DNA of 39,448 bases from a virus (lineage: Duplodnaviria; Heunggongvirae; Uroviricota; Caudoviricetes). Positions within the stretch are counted from its first letter, which is position 1. The number at the start of each line of letters is the position of its first letter. The notes beneath the pieces were generated by a model. The model was not told where the DNA came from. It saw only the letters and a program-made list of their open reading frames with translations, and searched no databases. The stretch lies in IMG/VR virus record IMGVR_UViG_2585427754_000011; one strand, 5' to 3'. Positions 7,117-16,819 of this stretch are shown here, one piece after another. The position numbers and the translations under genes are program-made.

Positions 7117-9527
7117 GCCATGCTGATATGAACAACTGCAGCGGCTTTAACGAGGCCGCCGCAGCATTCTCATGGAACAGCCCGAAAAAGGCTATTAACC
7201 CTTATCTGGACCCGGCGGAAGTTGCGCCGGTTTCTGCGCTTTCAAACCTGATCACTCTGTACGCTGCCGATAACGAGCAGGAACAACTGCGCCGCGAGGC
7301 ACTGAGTGATCAGGTCTGGGAGCGTTATTTCTTTAATGAATCCCGTGATCCTGTCCAGCGCGAAATGGAGCAGGATAAGCTCATTAGCCGGGCAAAGTTG
7401 GCGCATGAGCAGCAGCGTTTTAACCCGGACATGGTCATTCTGGCAGACGTCAGCGTCCAGCCCTCCCATATCAGCAAGCCGCTGATGCAACGTATTGAAT
7501 ACTTCAGCAGCTTGGGCAGGCCAAAGGCTTATTCCCGCTATTTACGTGAGACGATTAAGCCATGTCTGGAACGACTGGAGCATGTACGCGACAGCCAGCT
7601 ATCTGCATCTTTTCGTTTTATGGCAAGCCATGTAGGGCTGGACGGCCTGCTGATTCTGCCTGAAATGAGTCAGGATCAGGTGAAACGCCTGTCTACCCTT
7701 GTCGCTGCGCATATGAGCATGTGCCTTGATGCAGCTTGTGGTGATTTGTATGCCACCGATGACGTTAAGCCGGAAGAAATCCGCAAGACATGGGAAAAGG
7801 TGGCAGCGGAAACCCTGCGTCTGGATGTCATCCCGCCTGCGTTTGAGCAACTCCGTCGGAAAAGAAACCGCCGTAAACCCGTGCCCTATGAACTCATTCC
7901 GGGTTCGCTGGCGCGTATGTTGTGCGCCGACTGGTGGTACCGGAAATTATGGAAAATGCGTTGCGAATGGCGGGAAGAGCAGTTGCGTGCTGTCTGCTTG
8001 GTCAGCAAAAAAGCATCTCCCTATGTCAGCTATGAAGCCGTGATGCATAAACGTGAGCAGCGCCGCAAGTCACTGGAGTTTTTCCGTTCTCATGAACTGG
8101 TGAACGAAGAGGGCGACACGCTGGATATGGAAGACGTGGTAAACGCCAGCAGCAGCAACCCGGCGCACCGCCGCAATGAGATGATGGCCTGTGTTAAAGG
8201 TCTGGAGCTTATCGCGGAAATGCGCGGTGACTGCGCCGTTTTCTACACCATTACCTGTCCGTCACGTTTCCATTCCACGCTCAATAACGGCAGACCAAAC
8301 CCAACCTGGACAAATGCGACGGTAAGACAAAGCAGCGATTATCTGGTCGGCATGTTTGCTGCATTTCGTAAGGCGATGCACAAAGCCGGGTTGCGCTGGT
8401 ATGGCGTGCGGGTGGCTGAGCCGCATCATGACGGTACAGTTCACTGGCACCTGTTGTGTTTCATGCGCAAAAAAGACCGCCGCGCCATTACTGCATTGTT
8501 GCGTAAGTTTGCCATCCGTGAAGACCGCGAGGAACTGGGTAATAACACTGGTCCACGCTTTAAATCTGAGCTGATAAACCCGCGCAAAGGAACGCCGACA
8601 AGCTACATCGCGAAATACATCAGTAAGAACATTGACGGGCGTGGTCTGGCTGGCGAGATCAGCAAGGAAACGGGTAAATCCCTGCGTGATAACGCTGAAT
8701 ACGTTAATGCCTGGGCGTCTCTGCATCGTGTTCAGCAATTCCGCTTCTTTGGCATTCCGGGGCGTCAGGCTTACCGTGAACTGCGATTGCTGGCTGGTCA
8801 GGCGGCAAGGCAACAGGGGGACAAAAAAGCAGGTGCGCCGGTACTGGATAACCCGCGCCTTGATGCCATCCTGGCTGCTGCTGATGCTGGTTGTTTTGCC
8901 ACCTACATCATGAAGCAGGGCGGCGTACTAGTTCCCCGCAAATATCACCTCATCAGAACCGCTTATGAAATCAACGAAGAGCCGACCGCCTATGGCGATC
9001 ACGGCATTCGTATTTATGGCATCTGGTCACCCATTGCAGAGGGCAAGATCTGCACTCATGCAGTGAAGTGGAAAATGGTTCGTAAAGCCGTTGACGTTCA
9101 GGAGGCGGCAGCCGACCAGGGCGCTTGCGCCCCTTGGACTCGTGGCAATAACTGTCCCCTTGCTGAAAATTTGTACCAACAAGGGAAAGACAAATCAGCT
9201 GATGGAGATACCAGAACGGATATCACCCGCATGGATGACAAGGAGTTGCACGATTACCTGCACAGTATGAGCAAAAAAGAGCGCCGGGAACTGGCTGCAA
9301 GGTTACGCCTGGTGAAACCGAAACGGCGTAAAGACTACAAACAGCGAATTACAGACCATCAGCGACAGCAGCTCGTCTATGAACTGGAGTCCAGAGGATT
9401 TAATGGCAGCGAGAAAGAGGTCGATTTACTCCTTCGCGGCGGCAGTATTCCGTCAGGAGCAGGCCTGCGTATCTTCTATCGGAACCAGCGTTTGCAGGAA
9501 GATGATAAGTGGCGGAACCTGTATTAA
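7113..9527 (+). CDS. A: Replication initiation protein A (rolling-circle HUH endonuclease, P2 gpA type)
   Basis: 804 aa with HUH-like TVHWHLL and a YIAKYISKN tyrosine motif; start overlaps the dam stop (ATGA). Confidence 0.9.
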   Translation: MSHADMNNCSGFNEAAAAFSWNSPKKAINPYLDPAEVAPVSALSNLITLYAADNEQEQLRREALSDQVWERYFFNESRDPVQREMEQDKLISRAKLAHEQQRFNPDMVILADVSVQPSHISKPLMQRIEYFSSLGRPKAYSRYLRETIKPCLERLEHVRDSQLSASFRFMASHVGLDGLLILPEMSQDQVKRLSTLVAAHMSMCLDAACGDLYATDDVKPEEIRKTWEKVAAETLRLDVIPPAFEQLRRKRNRRKPVPYELIPGSLARMLCADWWYRKLWKMRCEWREEQLRAVCLVSKKASPYVSYEAVMHKREQRRKSLEFFRSHELVNEEGDTLDMEDVVNASSSNPAHRRNEMMACVKGLELIAEMRGDCAVFYTITCPSRFHSTLNNGRPNPTWTNATVRQSSDYLVGMFAAFRKAMHKAGLRWYGVRVAEPHHDGTVHWHLLCFMRKKDRRAITALLRKFAIREDREELGNNTGPRFKSELINPRKGTPTSYIAKYISKNIDGRGLAGEISKETGKSLRDNAEYVNAWASLHRVQQFRFFGIPGRQAYRELRLLAGQAARQQGDKKAGAPVLDNPRLDAILAAADAGCFATYIMKQGGVLVPRKYHLIRTAYEINEEPTAYGDHGIRIYGIWSPIAEGKICTHAVKWKMVRKAVDVQEAAADQGACAPWTRGNNCPLAENLYQQGKDKSADGDTRTDITRMDDKELHDYLHSMSKKERRELAARLRLVKPKRRKDYKQRITDHQRQQLVYELESRGFNGSEKEVDLLLRGGSIPSGAGLRIFYRNQRLQEDDKWRNLY

Positions 9528-9619
9528 TTACGCTGGTTAACAATTCGTGCTCTTAATAATACCAAGTATATCAGGCTGATAAGCGTAAAAAAACGTTTTA
9601 CATCAGTAAGATTATTATA

Positions 9620-9639
9620 TACTGTAAATATAAACAGTG
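9620..9639. promoter_or_regulatory. LexA box (SOS operator)
   Basis: TACTGTAAATATAAACAGTG fits CTGT-N8-ACAG; overlaps a TATACT -10-like hexamer upstream of the tum-like ORF. Confidence 0.6.
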
Positions 9640-9680
9640 TTTATACATACAGCATTGCGTGTGGTGTCATAGGAGGAAAG

Positions 9681-9869
9681 ATGCAGGACTATTTTTTGGA
9701 GTCTTTGAAGCTCCAGCGCATTGATTTTTTTCTTAAGCTTGTAGCGGCTAGTGAGTGTAGTGATGAAGAGAAGGGGCTGGCTCTGCAGTGGGTTTCTGAA
9801 TTGACTGATGAACTCATGGCAAAAATCAGAAGCCACGAATACAACCGCTCAATGGATGTCATCAGCTGA
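9681..9869 (+). CDS. Putative Tum-like antirepressor (62 aa)
   Basis: First ORF after the LexA box, strong AGGAGG RBS; position matches 186 tum. No sequence-level confirmation. Confidence 0.4.
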   Translation: MQDYFLESLKLQRIDFFLKLVAASECSDEEKGLALQWVSELTDELMAKIRSHEYNRSMDVIS

Positions 9870-9879
9870 GGTGACTTTT

Positions 9880-10113
9880 ATGCGCATTGAAATAATGATC
9901 GATAAAGAGCAGAAGATTAGCCAGTCTACCCTGGACGCCCTTGAATCCGAGCTTTACCGCAATCTGCGCCCCCTGTATCCCAAAACGGTAATTCGTATCC
10001 GCAAAGGTAGCTCTAACGGTGTGGAACTTACCGGATTGCAACTGGACGAAGAAAGAAAACAAGTGATGAAAATTATGCAGAAGGTGTGGGAAGACGACAG
10101 CTGGCTGCATTAA
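9880..10113 (+). CDS. DinI-like protein
   Basis: MRIEIMIDKEQK...WEDDSWL resembles E. coli DinI (MRIEVTIAK...WESADDWF) as recalled; GAGGTGA RBS. Confidence 0.7.
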   Translation: MRIEIMIDKEQKISQSTLDALESELYRNLRPLYPKTVIRIRKGSSNGVELTGLQLDEERKQVMKIMQKVWEDDSWLH

Positions 10114-10121
10114 GAAACGTT

Positions 10122-10151
10122 GCCCCCAGGAGGATTCATTCTGATGGGGGC
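10122..10151 (+). terminator. Hairpin downstream of the dinI-like gene
   Basis: Perfect 7-bp stem gccccca / tgggggc with a 16-nt loop. Confidence 0.4.
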
Positions 10152-10200
10152 TAGTTTAGGAAACGAGGCGTAAGGTGGGCGACCATTTTGATAATTGATC

Positions 10201-10274
10201 GTCCGCTTTGTGCTGTGAGTTCAACCGATGGATAGGGTTGCATCGATCCGTTGAACTCACAGCCATAAGCGGAC
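10201..10274. repeat. Long imperfect palindrome (~29-nt arms)
   Basis: gtccgctttgtgctgtgagttcaaccgatgg ... atccgttgaactcacagccataagcggac; roughly 25 of 29 arm positions pair. Confidence 0.7.
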
Positions 10275-10432
10275 TTAAATATCATATATACTAATTTGCC
10301 TTCAGGAGAAGGTAGTGAAATCCATCCTGCCGGAAAATCGTTAACGGCCCAAGAAAGGGCCGCTTGCTTATCAAAAATGTATCTATTTCTTAAAAATACA
10401 TTGAATTTATGGAAGTTTCCACTCTCAACATT

Positions 10433-11383
10433 TTAAACTATACCAGCGAAAGAGGTGCTTTTTGCTGGGGCTATGGCATATGAGAATGTTATTTCATTAC
10501 GATCATCGGCATCGCGACTACGATAAAGACTACTTTCAAGTTTAACGGCCAAATAATAACCATTAATATTTTGAATAACTGCAATATCGCCAACTTCAAG
10601 CGATTCTGTATCTTCACTCTTGAAGAATGCTTCAGAATTGGCATCTGTGATTTGATTGAAATCGGTAATGCCTTTAGCAAATACTAAGGAATGGAGACTT
10701 GGCTGACGCTTGTAAATGTAGGCTTGATTACGTCCCCCAACTCCCCACTTTGTCTCAAAAAGCATTTCACCTGAGCCAACCCAATAAGAGTCATAATTTC
10801 CATTTGGCACAAATGTAACTTTGCCTGTGCTTGTGGGGGATTGGTTAGCCCCATCTGGTTGAGATAAATTGACAGGGTTGATCGGAGGCGGTTTTCGGTT
10901 AAATGGGCTAGGTCCAGCCGCTGGGCGTGGTTTCATTTTCTCACCGTGCAAATCATGGATCAGCTCTACATAACTATTCTCATAATCCACAGCATCGAAA
11001 GAAAGCCGAAGGCGCGCACCTACGAAGGTTGGAACTGGCTCAGATAATGAGTTATTAACAATTACAGGGATAACGCGATTACTATTCAATTCTCGCATTA
11101 TCTGACTGGAAATGATCATTTTCTCATAACCTACCCCCCCTGATTTTTGCATATTGGCTTTAGCTACATATGGTTCTGTACAAATGACAAGCACTCGGTC
11201 AGCGCTTGTAAGCCCTTGCTCCATGAAAAGAGTAAGATCACTTCCCAATGTAATATCCCATTGGTCTAAGATTACGTGAACTCCATTTTGTTCAAGCCGG
11301 GTCGCAAGCTTTAACACCCATGCTTTATGCTCTTCACTATCATGAGAATAAGAAATAAAAAGTTTAGGTTTAGTTAGTTCCAT
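10433..11383 (-). CDS. TIR-domain protein with unknown C-terminal domain (316 aa)
   Basis: N-terminus KLFISYSHDSEEHKAW...VLVICTEPY is TIR-like, including a candidate catalytic Glu; ~180-aa C-terminal region without recognisable motifs. ATG start; AT-rich. Confidence 0.75.
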   Translation of the reverse strand: MELTKPKLFISYSHDSEEHKAWVLKLATRLEQNGVHVILDQWDITLGSDLTLFMEQGLTSADRVLVICTEPYVAKANMQKSGGVGYEKMIISSQIMRELNSNRVIPVIVNNSLSEPVPTFVGARLRLSFDAVDYENSYVELIHDLHGEKMKPRPAAGPSPFNRKPPPINPVNLSQPDGANQSPTSTGKVTFVPNGNYDSYWVGSGEMLFETKWGVGGRNQAYIYKRQPSLHSLVFAKGITDFNQITDANSEAFFKSEDTESLEVGDIAVIQNINGYYLAVKLESSLYRSRDADDRNEITFSYAIAPAKSTSFAGIV

Positions 11384-11748
11384 AAAAATCCCATTGTTTT
11401 ATATATGCCATACGATTCATACGATGAATACTAAGTGAAATCTGTGATTTATCTCGAAACTATTAAATTATAATGAGTCTTTAATTTAAATTATTTACAA
11501 CATGCATCTGATTCTAGTTTAAGTAACCATTTCAAACGGAACCATTCTCTTGTAGGTAGTGTCCAGCAGTCGGTTTAGGTAAATTCAAAGCCAGCGTTTG
11601 CCCTTCGCTCACTGTGGACTTTCATCTTTGTAAAACCGTATGTTTCGTTTTTCAAGCGGTCATACAGATACGGATTTGCACTTCCCTTAGTAGTGCATGA
11701 CTATGCCGCATGAAATCGCATGATCGTTTGAGGATCATCTTTGCTGAG

Positions 11749-11776
11749 GCCCGCCAGAATTGGCGGGCTTTTGCTT
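11749..11776 (+). terminator. Rho-independent terminator-like hairpin
   Basis: gcccgcc-agaatt-ggcgggc followed by ttttgctt. Confidence 0.5.
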
Positions 11777-11817
11777 ATCTCATGCAGGTGCATGAAAACC
11801 ACTACATAAAGCGGGCA

Positions 11818-11836
11818 GGCGTGGCGGGGATACGAG
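11818..11836. other. Candidate cos site (cohesive-end sequence)
   Basis: ggcgtggcgggga tacgag cgcgcgctg resembles the P2/186 cos ends as I recall them (GGCGAGGCGGGGAAAGCAC / GGCGTGGCGGGGAAAGCAT); sits in a GC-richer ~350-bp segment between AT-rich cargo. Confidence 0.4.
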
Positions 11837-11944
11837 CGCGCGCTGTATGCCTGAAGTGGCTAAAATAGTATCTGTCATAGGTACAACTTAGTGTAGTATC
11901 ATCCATATAATCCATTGAAATATAATCGACTCTCATTAGAGGTG

Positions 11945-12943
11945 ATGATGAACGGAATCTGGTACGAAAACACTCATACACGCATTCCTAATTTTGAAAC
12001 AACAGTACATCAAAAGCACAAATTCGGTTACGCTTATGAAACAACAAGTCATTTTGTGCATCTGTATGGGCGTGACATGGGATTTAATGTAATATCAGTT
12101 GGGTTAACTGTTATTGAGCAACGAAGTGGAACTCTCAATGATTGGGTTCGGAGAGTATTTGGGGCTCAGAACATATCTCCTTTAGATAATGAAATTGGAC
12201 ATGTAACTAGGGGAGTGTGGCGGCCATCCTTATATTATGTCAATGATACAGAAACAGCATTAGGTATCGATGAGTTTGAAAAAAGAGCAACAGAGCAAGC
12301 TCTAAGAGTTTTGATAGAAAAACTCGATGATATTTTTCTATATGTAGAACCAAGTGCCCATGGTTTGATTTCTTACAGTCATAAATGTAGAGAGCTATTA
12401 ATTCTTGCTTGTACTGAGGTTGAAAATCAATGGGTGTCAATCATTGGTAATTCGAATTTATCTCGTTCAAATGGTCGATACTCCACAAATGATTATGTGA
12501 AATTATTAGATAAGTGTTATTTGTCTGAATATAAAATTCAATATTTGAATTATGACGGATTAAGGCATTTCAAACCTTTTGATGGGTGGAATGCAAGTAC
12601 CCCTACAACATCTTTGTCATGGTATAATGCATATAATAAAACTAAACATGATAGATCAGGAGCATTCCACTTTTCCACTTTAGAAAATGTAATGGATGCA
12701 GTTGCTGCTTGTGTTGTAATGTACTGTGTAAAATATGGCCCGTTTAGCTTATTGGAAGCCAATACGTCTCTATCAACGATCGTTAATCAAAACTTTTCAA
12801 TTTCATTAGATAATAGCAATCCAGCAAGTTATTACATTCCTGAAATTGAACTTCCACCGGATACAAGAACGGATTTATTAATTTATGATTGTTATCGAGA
12901 AAACCATAATAAAGCATGGGTCACTGATCCCCTAGTGCTCTAA
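11945..12943 (+). CDS. Hypothetical protein (~332 aa), possibly HEPN/Abi-like
   Basis: ORF-track start at 11915 is TTG; ATG at 11945 follows GAGG. A single Rx4H-like motif (RSGAFH) is the only hint of a HEPN fold. AT-rich. Confidence 0.5.
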   Translation: MMNGIWYENTHTRIPNFETTVHQKHKFGYAYETTSHFVHLYGRDMGFNVISVGLTVIEQRSGTLNDWVRRVFGAQNISPLDNEIGHVTRGVWRPSLYYVNDTETALGIDEFEKRATEQALRVLIEKLDDIFLYVEPSAHGLISYSHKCRELLILACTEVENQWVSIIGNSNLSRSNGRYSTNDYVKLLDKCYLSEYKIQYLNYDGLRHFKPFDGWNASTPTTSLSWYNAYNKTKHDRSGAFHFSTLENVMDAVAACVVMYCVKYGPFSLLEANTSLSTIVNQNFSISLDNSNPASYYIPEIELPPDTRTDLLIYDCYRENHNKAWVTDPLVL

Positions 12944-12999
12944 TTTCCTGCTAAAGGGAGCTTTTAATTATAAACGCTCCCTTCGGTTGTCGCTATTTA

Positions 13000-13626
13000 T
13001 TATATATCAATAGAGTTTTGAAATTTTAATAACTGCCATCTTGTTAATAGTGGTTTTATTGCTATGTTGTGTTGTGTATTTATTTTTAAACCTTCGAATT
13101 TCGAATATCCATTTTCCAAGGCTTCCACTGAAAAATGAATGGTTTTTGTTATCGGGTTTATAGCACAAAGATTTAGGTCATATAAAGTATGAATGTCACT
13201 TCTGAGCAATAATCCATTGCTAATATGATTGTGACTATCGTTTCGATATACATTAATGTGAGCAGCATCAAGAATATCAACAAGCTTACAGCCCGTAACC
13301 GCACAAGTAGGATTTGATTTTAATAGCTGGTCGCGAAATGTTTTTTGCCCACTTCGTTGTTTTATTTGCCGTTCTACAATTTGCCGTTGATCTTCACCCA
13401 TTAAAGTGGGGGTGTCTTTATCAGCTTCGCTGGCGTTGAGCTCCAGAATAATAGTATGTTGGGCGGTAAGCAAAGCAACAGCCCATTGATAGTTAACTTC
13501 TTGGATGGACATTTGCCCATTGTAGCGTGGAGTTTCATCTATAAGTTGTGACATTGTAATATTGGATAATTTACGGTACTGGTTGCCGCAGTATGCTATA
13601 AATTCTTTAGCTGGCTCAAAAACCAC
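13000..13626 (-). CDS. HNH endonuclease-domain protein (HNH_2-like)
   Basis: DAAHI...NGLLLRSDIHTLYD matches the HNH motif pattern. Annotated start is GTG; true start uncertain. Confidence 0.65.
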   Translation of the reverse strand: MVFEPAKEFIAYCGNQYRKLSNITMSQLIDETPRYNGQMSIQEVNYQWAVALLTAQHTIILELNASEADKDTPTLMGEDQRQIVERQIKQRSGQKTFRDQLLKSNPTCAVTGCKLVDILDAAHINVYRNDSHNHISNGLLLRSDIHTLYDLNLCAINPITKTIHFSVEALENGYSKFEGLKINTQHNIAIKPLLTRWQLLKFQNSIDI

Positions 13627-13673
13627 TCTGGGTTCATCAAATTCATGGCCATTATCACAACGCCACTCTGATT

Positions 13674-13967
13674 TTATAGTTTTCCTTTGAAGAATTTTTT
13701 TGCTTTGCAGTCTAGGTTAATACATTTGTTACGCTTCTTATTAATGCTCTGTGTTTCTAATTTTTCAATAACAGATATACCTAATATATTTTCTCTGTTG
13801 GTAATAATATCACCGTCTTTTACATTTTTGTGGTTCGCTACAAAACTGTCATAGCGATAGAAAACTGATGAGTCATCGGGATAACTATCATTTCCCCAGT
13901 ATCTAAGATCGTCTTTCTCAATTGCCTTAAAAAAAACCATACTTGCTGTACCATGAACTTTTCCCAC
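13674..13967 (-). CDS. Hypothetical small protein (~90-97 aa)
   Basis: ORF 48 bp upstream of the HNH gene in a different frame; GTG start with an internal ATG at 13940. Confidence 0.3.
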   Translation of the reverse strand: MGKVHGTASMVFFKAIEKDDLRYWGNDSYPDDSSVFYRYDSFVANHKNVKDGDIITNRENILGISVIEKLETQSINKKRNKCINLDCKAKKFFKGKL

Positions 13968-14024
13968 TAATCAAATTTTGGTTTGTTCTATCGAACAGCA
14001 AAGCATGTTGATTTACAAGAGAAA

Positions 14025-15056
14025 TCATCCCAAAGAATATGGCTCAAATCGCAAAATTTTTTGTTCTAACCAGTCATTTACTTCACGCATCCTTTTTTGC
14101 AACGGTAATAATTCATTTCGCACAAACACATTTGCCGCCTTCTCCACATCCCCAAACCCCCCAACATTGCTAGGCATTATCCCCATCATTTGTGGTGGCA
14201 CACGATGCGCTGCCATCATGTCATCCCGACTCACGTTCTTGATGTTAAGAAATTCATCCTTCGCTGCGACTTCTGATAGCGGGATAATCTGAAGCCCGTC
14301 CTTTTTGCCGTTAGGCGAGTACATAAACAGGTTACGAAAGTTACCAGGACCTTTGGCACTTTTCATCGCGTTGCGGAGGTTGTTCACATCCTCCTGGTTC
14401 TGCGCGGCGTCGGTCATGTACATGATGAAGCCTGCATGGCTGCCGTTAATGTAATACTTCCGGCGGAACAGCGTGGCGGACTCGTTGAGCAGGGCGGATG
14501 GAATGGCAGAAAGGTAACCTGGCAGACCATAAATCTCCTGGTTGATATCCGGCTCCATCAGGTGGAAGACGTTACCTTTTGTGAACTGATACGGCTGTGT
14601 CGTCAGGCTGTATTGCACAAACCAGTAGGTATCCAGGTCTAATCCGCGTCGGGTGTATTTTGCCAGAGCTGGCTCAAGGGCGATAACTTCACCGAAGCGG
14701 TTCGTGCGTTTCTCCAGGTAGGCGTTACCAAATACCAGATAGTCCTGCACAAAACGTGAAAAAGCCTGCTGGCTGAGCAGCGGGTGAGGGATGTAGGTAC
14801 TGGTCAGAATGTTGCACTTTACTGCAATCGGGGAACTGTGATGCACAGCAGCGCGGAAGGTGCGCGCCAGTCCGTCAAAGCTGACGGGAGGCTCATACCA
14901 GCGATCTGTCTGTACGCATTCCACATAGTCCAGCAGTTCGCGGCGGTCAAGTACTGGAATGGGATCACCGAAGCTGAATGCTTCGGCTGTAGTCTGGCTT
15001 TTATGCTGGATCTGGTTCGTCGACGCAGCGCGGTTCTTCTTACTCTTTCCCATCAA
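14025..15056 (-). CDS. Q: Portal protein (P2 gpQ type)
   Basis: 343 aa, same size and position as P2 Q; overlaps the start of the terminase ATPase gene. Confidence 0.85.
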   Translation of the reverse strand: MMGKSKKNRAASTNQIQHKSQTTAEAFSFGDPIPVLDRRELLDYVECVQTDRWYEPPVSFDGLARTFRAAVHHSSPIAVKCNILTSTYIPHPLLSQQAFSRFVQDYLVFGNAYLEKRTNRFGEVIALEPALAKYTRRGLDLDTYWFVQYSLTTQPYQFTKGNVFHLMEPDINQEIYGLPGYLSAIPSALLNESATLFRRKYYINGSHAGFIMYMTDAAQNQEDVNNLRNAMKSAKGPGNFRNLFMYSPNGKKDGLQIIPLSEVAAKDEFLNIKNVSRDDMMAAHRVPPQMMGIMPSNVGGFGDVEKAANVFVRNELLPLQKRMREVNDWLEQKILRFEPYSLG

Positions 15057-16819
15057 AAAAACTCCACAATATTGCTGGTATTGGCGGATTCGCCCTGCAG
15101 CGGTTCGTTAAACAGTGCGTGCATCGTTGCCCAGGCCAGATCGGCGTGGCTGGCTTCTTCGCTGCGGCTGGCTTCATAGGTCGGGCGGTTGCCACTGGCG
15201 GTGGTGGCGCGACGGATTGCCATAAATGACTGGGCTATGTCGGTGTGTCCGGCGTCAAACTCCAGACGGCGGTGGCTGATAATGTCGTAGGCCTTGAGTA
15301 CCAGAGCGTTTTTAACGTTGGGGTTGTAGACAAACTCCCGGACGGCAGGAAAGAACGCTTTCACGTTCTCATAAACCCCGTGACCGACGCCTGTCGAGTC
15401 GATGCCGATATAGGTCACGTTGTACTGCTCGGTCAGTTTTTTGATTGCATCAGCCTGGGCGCGGAAGTCCATCCCGCGCCACTGGTGACGCTCAAGAATG
15501 CGAAACTTACCGCCTGGCACGGCTGGCGGTGCCACCACCACGCACCCGGCGCTGTCGCCGTTCTGCGTACCTTTTGCCGGGTCATAACCGATCCACACTT
15601 CGCGCCAGCCAAATGGGCGCAGCGCCAGTGCATGAAAGTCGGTCCAGACTTCCCAGCTGTCCACCATGCACGCCTGCAGCTCGCTGAGCGGGAACACGGA
15701 CGCGAGATCGTCCACGAACTCACACATCAGCAGGTTCTGGTATTCGTCCGGGCTGTACTCCATGCGTAACTGGTCGAGGTCGAACAGGTTACAGCCGCCG
15801 CGCACCGCATCTTCCACGGTGACTATCTGGCGGTATTGCCCGTCTGCGCACAGCAGGCCGGGGGCCAGATTGCTGTGGGACAGGTCGATGTCCACCTTAT
15901 CGGCTTTGTTGCGCCCACGGTTGAACAGCGCACCGGACCAGAGCGGATAAGCACTGTGTGTCAGGCTGGATGGCGTGGAAAAATAGGTTTGTCGCCATTT
16001 TTTGTGAATAGCCATACCGGAAGCCACTTTGCGCAGCTCCTGGAATTTCGGTATCCAGAAATATTCATCCAGATACAGGTTGCCGTGGTAACTCTGGGCC
16101 GTGCGGGCATTGGTGCCGAGGAAGTAAAGCGTGGCCCCGTTAGGAAGCACCATCGGATCGCCTTTCAGCTCCACCTCCACTTCTTTGGCAAAGTCGATGA
16201 TGTACTGTTTAAAGACGTGGGCCTGAGCCTTGCTGGCAGAAAGGAAAATCTGGTTACGCCCGGTCAGCAGGGCGTCAATCAGGGCTTCACGGGCAAAGTA
16301 AAAGGTCGCGCCGATCTGGCGAGACTTCAGCAGGTTGCGGATGCGATTGGTTTTTCCGGCTTCCCACCAGTGGCGCTGGTAGTTGAACATGGAGGAATGG
16401 AAGATTTCTTCCAGTTTCTCAATCTGTTCATCGGTGAAAACATTCTTTTCCGGCTGACGGCGCGGGCCCTTGTTGCGGTTGGCGACGTTAGGGTTTAAGT
16501 CAGCTTCGTTGCCGCCATTGTTAAACTTGCCGATCCGCGCGTGGCGCTCCGACTGGCGCGCCAGCAGGTCAATTTCTTTGAAATCTTTCCCTTCTTTATG
16601 CTCCTTCATGATGAGCTGGCAGTAGCGTGCGGCGGTGGTGAGCTGCATCTGATCCAGCGGCCCATAGTCACCCCACTTGTCGCGTTTTTTCCAGCTGTGA
16701 ACGGTTGCAACTTTCTCGCCCAGCATTTCAGCAATGCGGGCTACGCGGTATCCCTGAAAGTACAGCAGCATGGCCTGCCGACGGGGATCGAGATCTGCGG
16801 GTGTCAGTGTGGTGTTCAT
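15053..16819 (-). CDS. P: Terminase large subunit / ATPase (P2 gpP type)
   Basis: 588 aa, divergent from the capsid operon as in P2. Confidence 0.9.
   Translation of the reverse strand: MNTTLTPADLDPRRQAMLLYFQGYRVARIAEMLGEKVATVHSWKKRDKWGDYGPLDQMQLTTAARYCQLIMKEHKEGKDFKEIDLLARQSERHARIGKFNNGGNEADLNPNVANRNKGPRRQPEKNVFTDEQIEKLEEIFHSSMFNYQRHWWEAGKTNRIRNLLKSRQIGATFYFAREALIDALLTGRNQIFLSASKAQAHVFKQYIIDFAKEVEVELKGDPMVLPNGATLYFLGTNARTAQSYHGNLYLDEYFWIPKFQELRKVASGMAIHKKWRQTYFSTPSSLTHSAYPLWSGALFNRGRNKADKVDIDLSHSNLAPGLLCADGQYRQIVTVEDAVRGGCNLFDLDQLRMEYSPDEYQNLLMCEFVDDLASVFPLSELQACMVDSWEVWTDFHALALRPFGWREVWIGYDPAKGTQNGDSAGCVVVAPPAVPGGKFRILERHQWRGMDFRAQADAIKKLTEQYNVTYIGIDSTGVGHGVYENVKAFFPAVREFVYNPNVKNALVLKAYDIISHRRLEFDAGHTDIAQSFMAIRRATTASGNRPTYEASRSEEASHADLAWATMHALFNEPLQGESANTSNIVEFF

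Noticed and set aside
8262-8813. 183-aa ORF antisense to replication gene A
   Set aside because: Embedded in a well-supported gene on the opposite strand; no RBS or motif support.
10433-11383. Calling the TIR protein a Thoeris ThsB
   Set aside because: No ThsA-like (SIR2/SLOG or Macro) gene anywhere in the island, and the protein has an extra ~180-aa domain, so a Thoeris call is not supported.
11400-11900. Possible retron-like ncRNA or sRNA in the GC-richer segment with stem-loops and a terminator
   Set aside because: No reverse transcriptase or other partner gene nearby; the segment is better explained as the conserved cos region with a transcription terminator.
15245-16498. ORFs of 174 and 220 aa antisense to the terminase large subunit
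   Set aside because: Embedded antisense frames within a strongly supported gene; translations are low-complexity.
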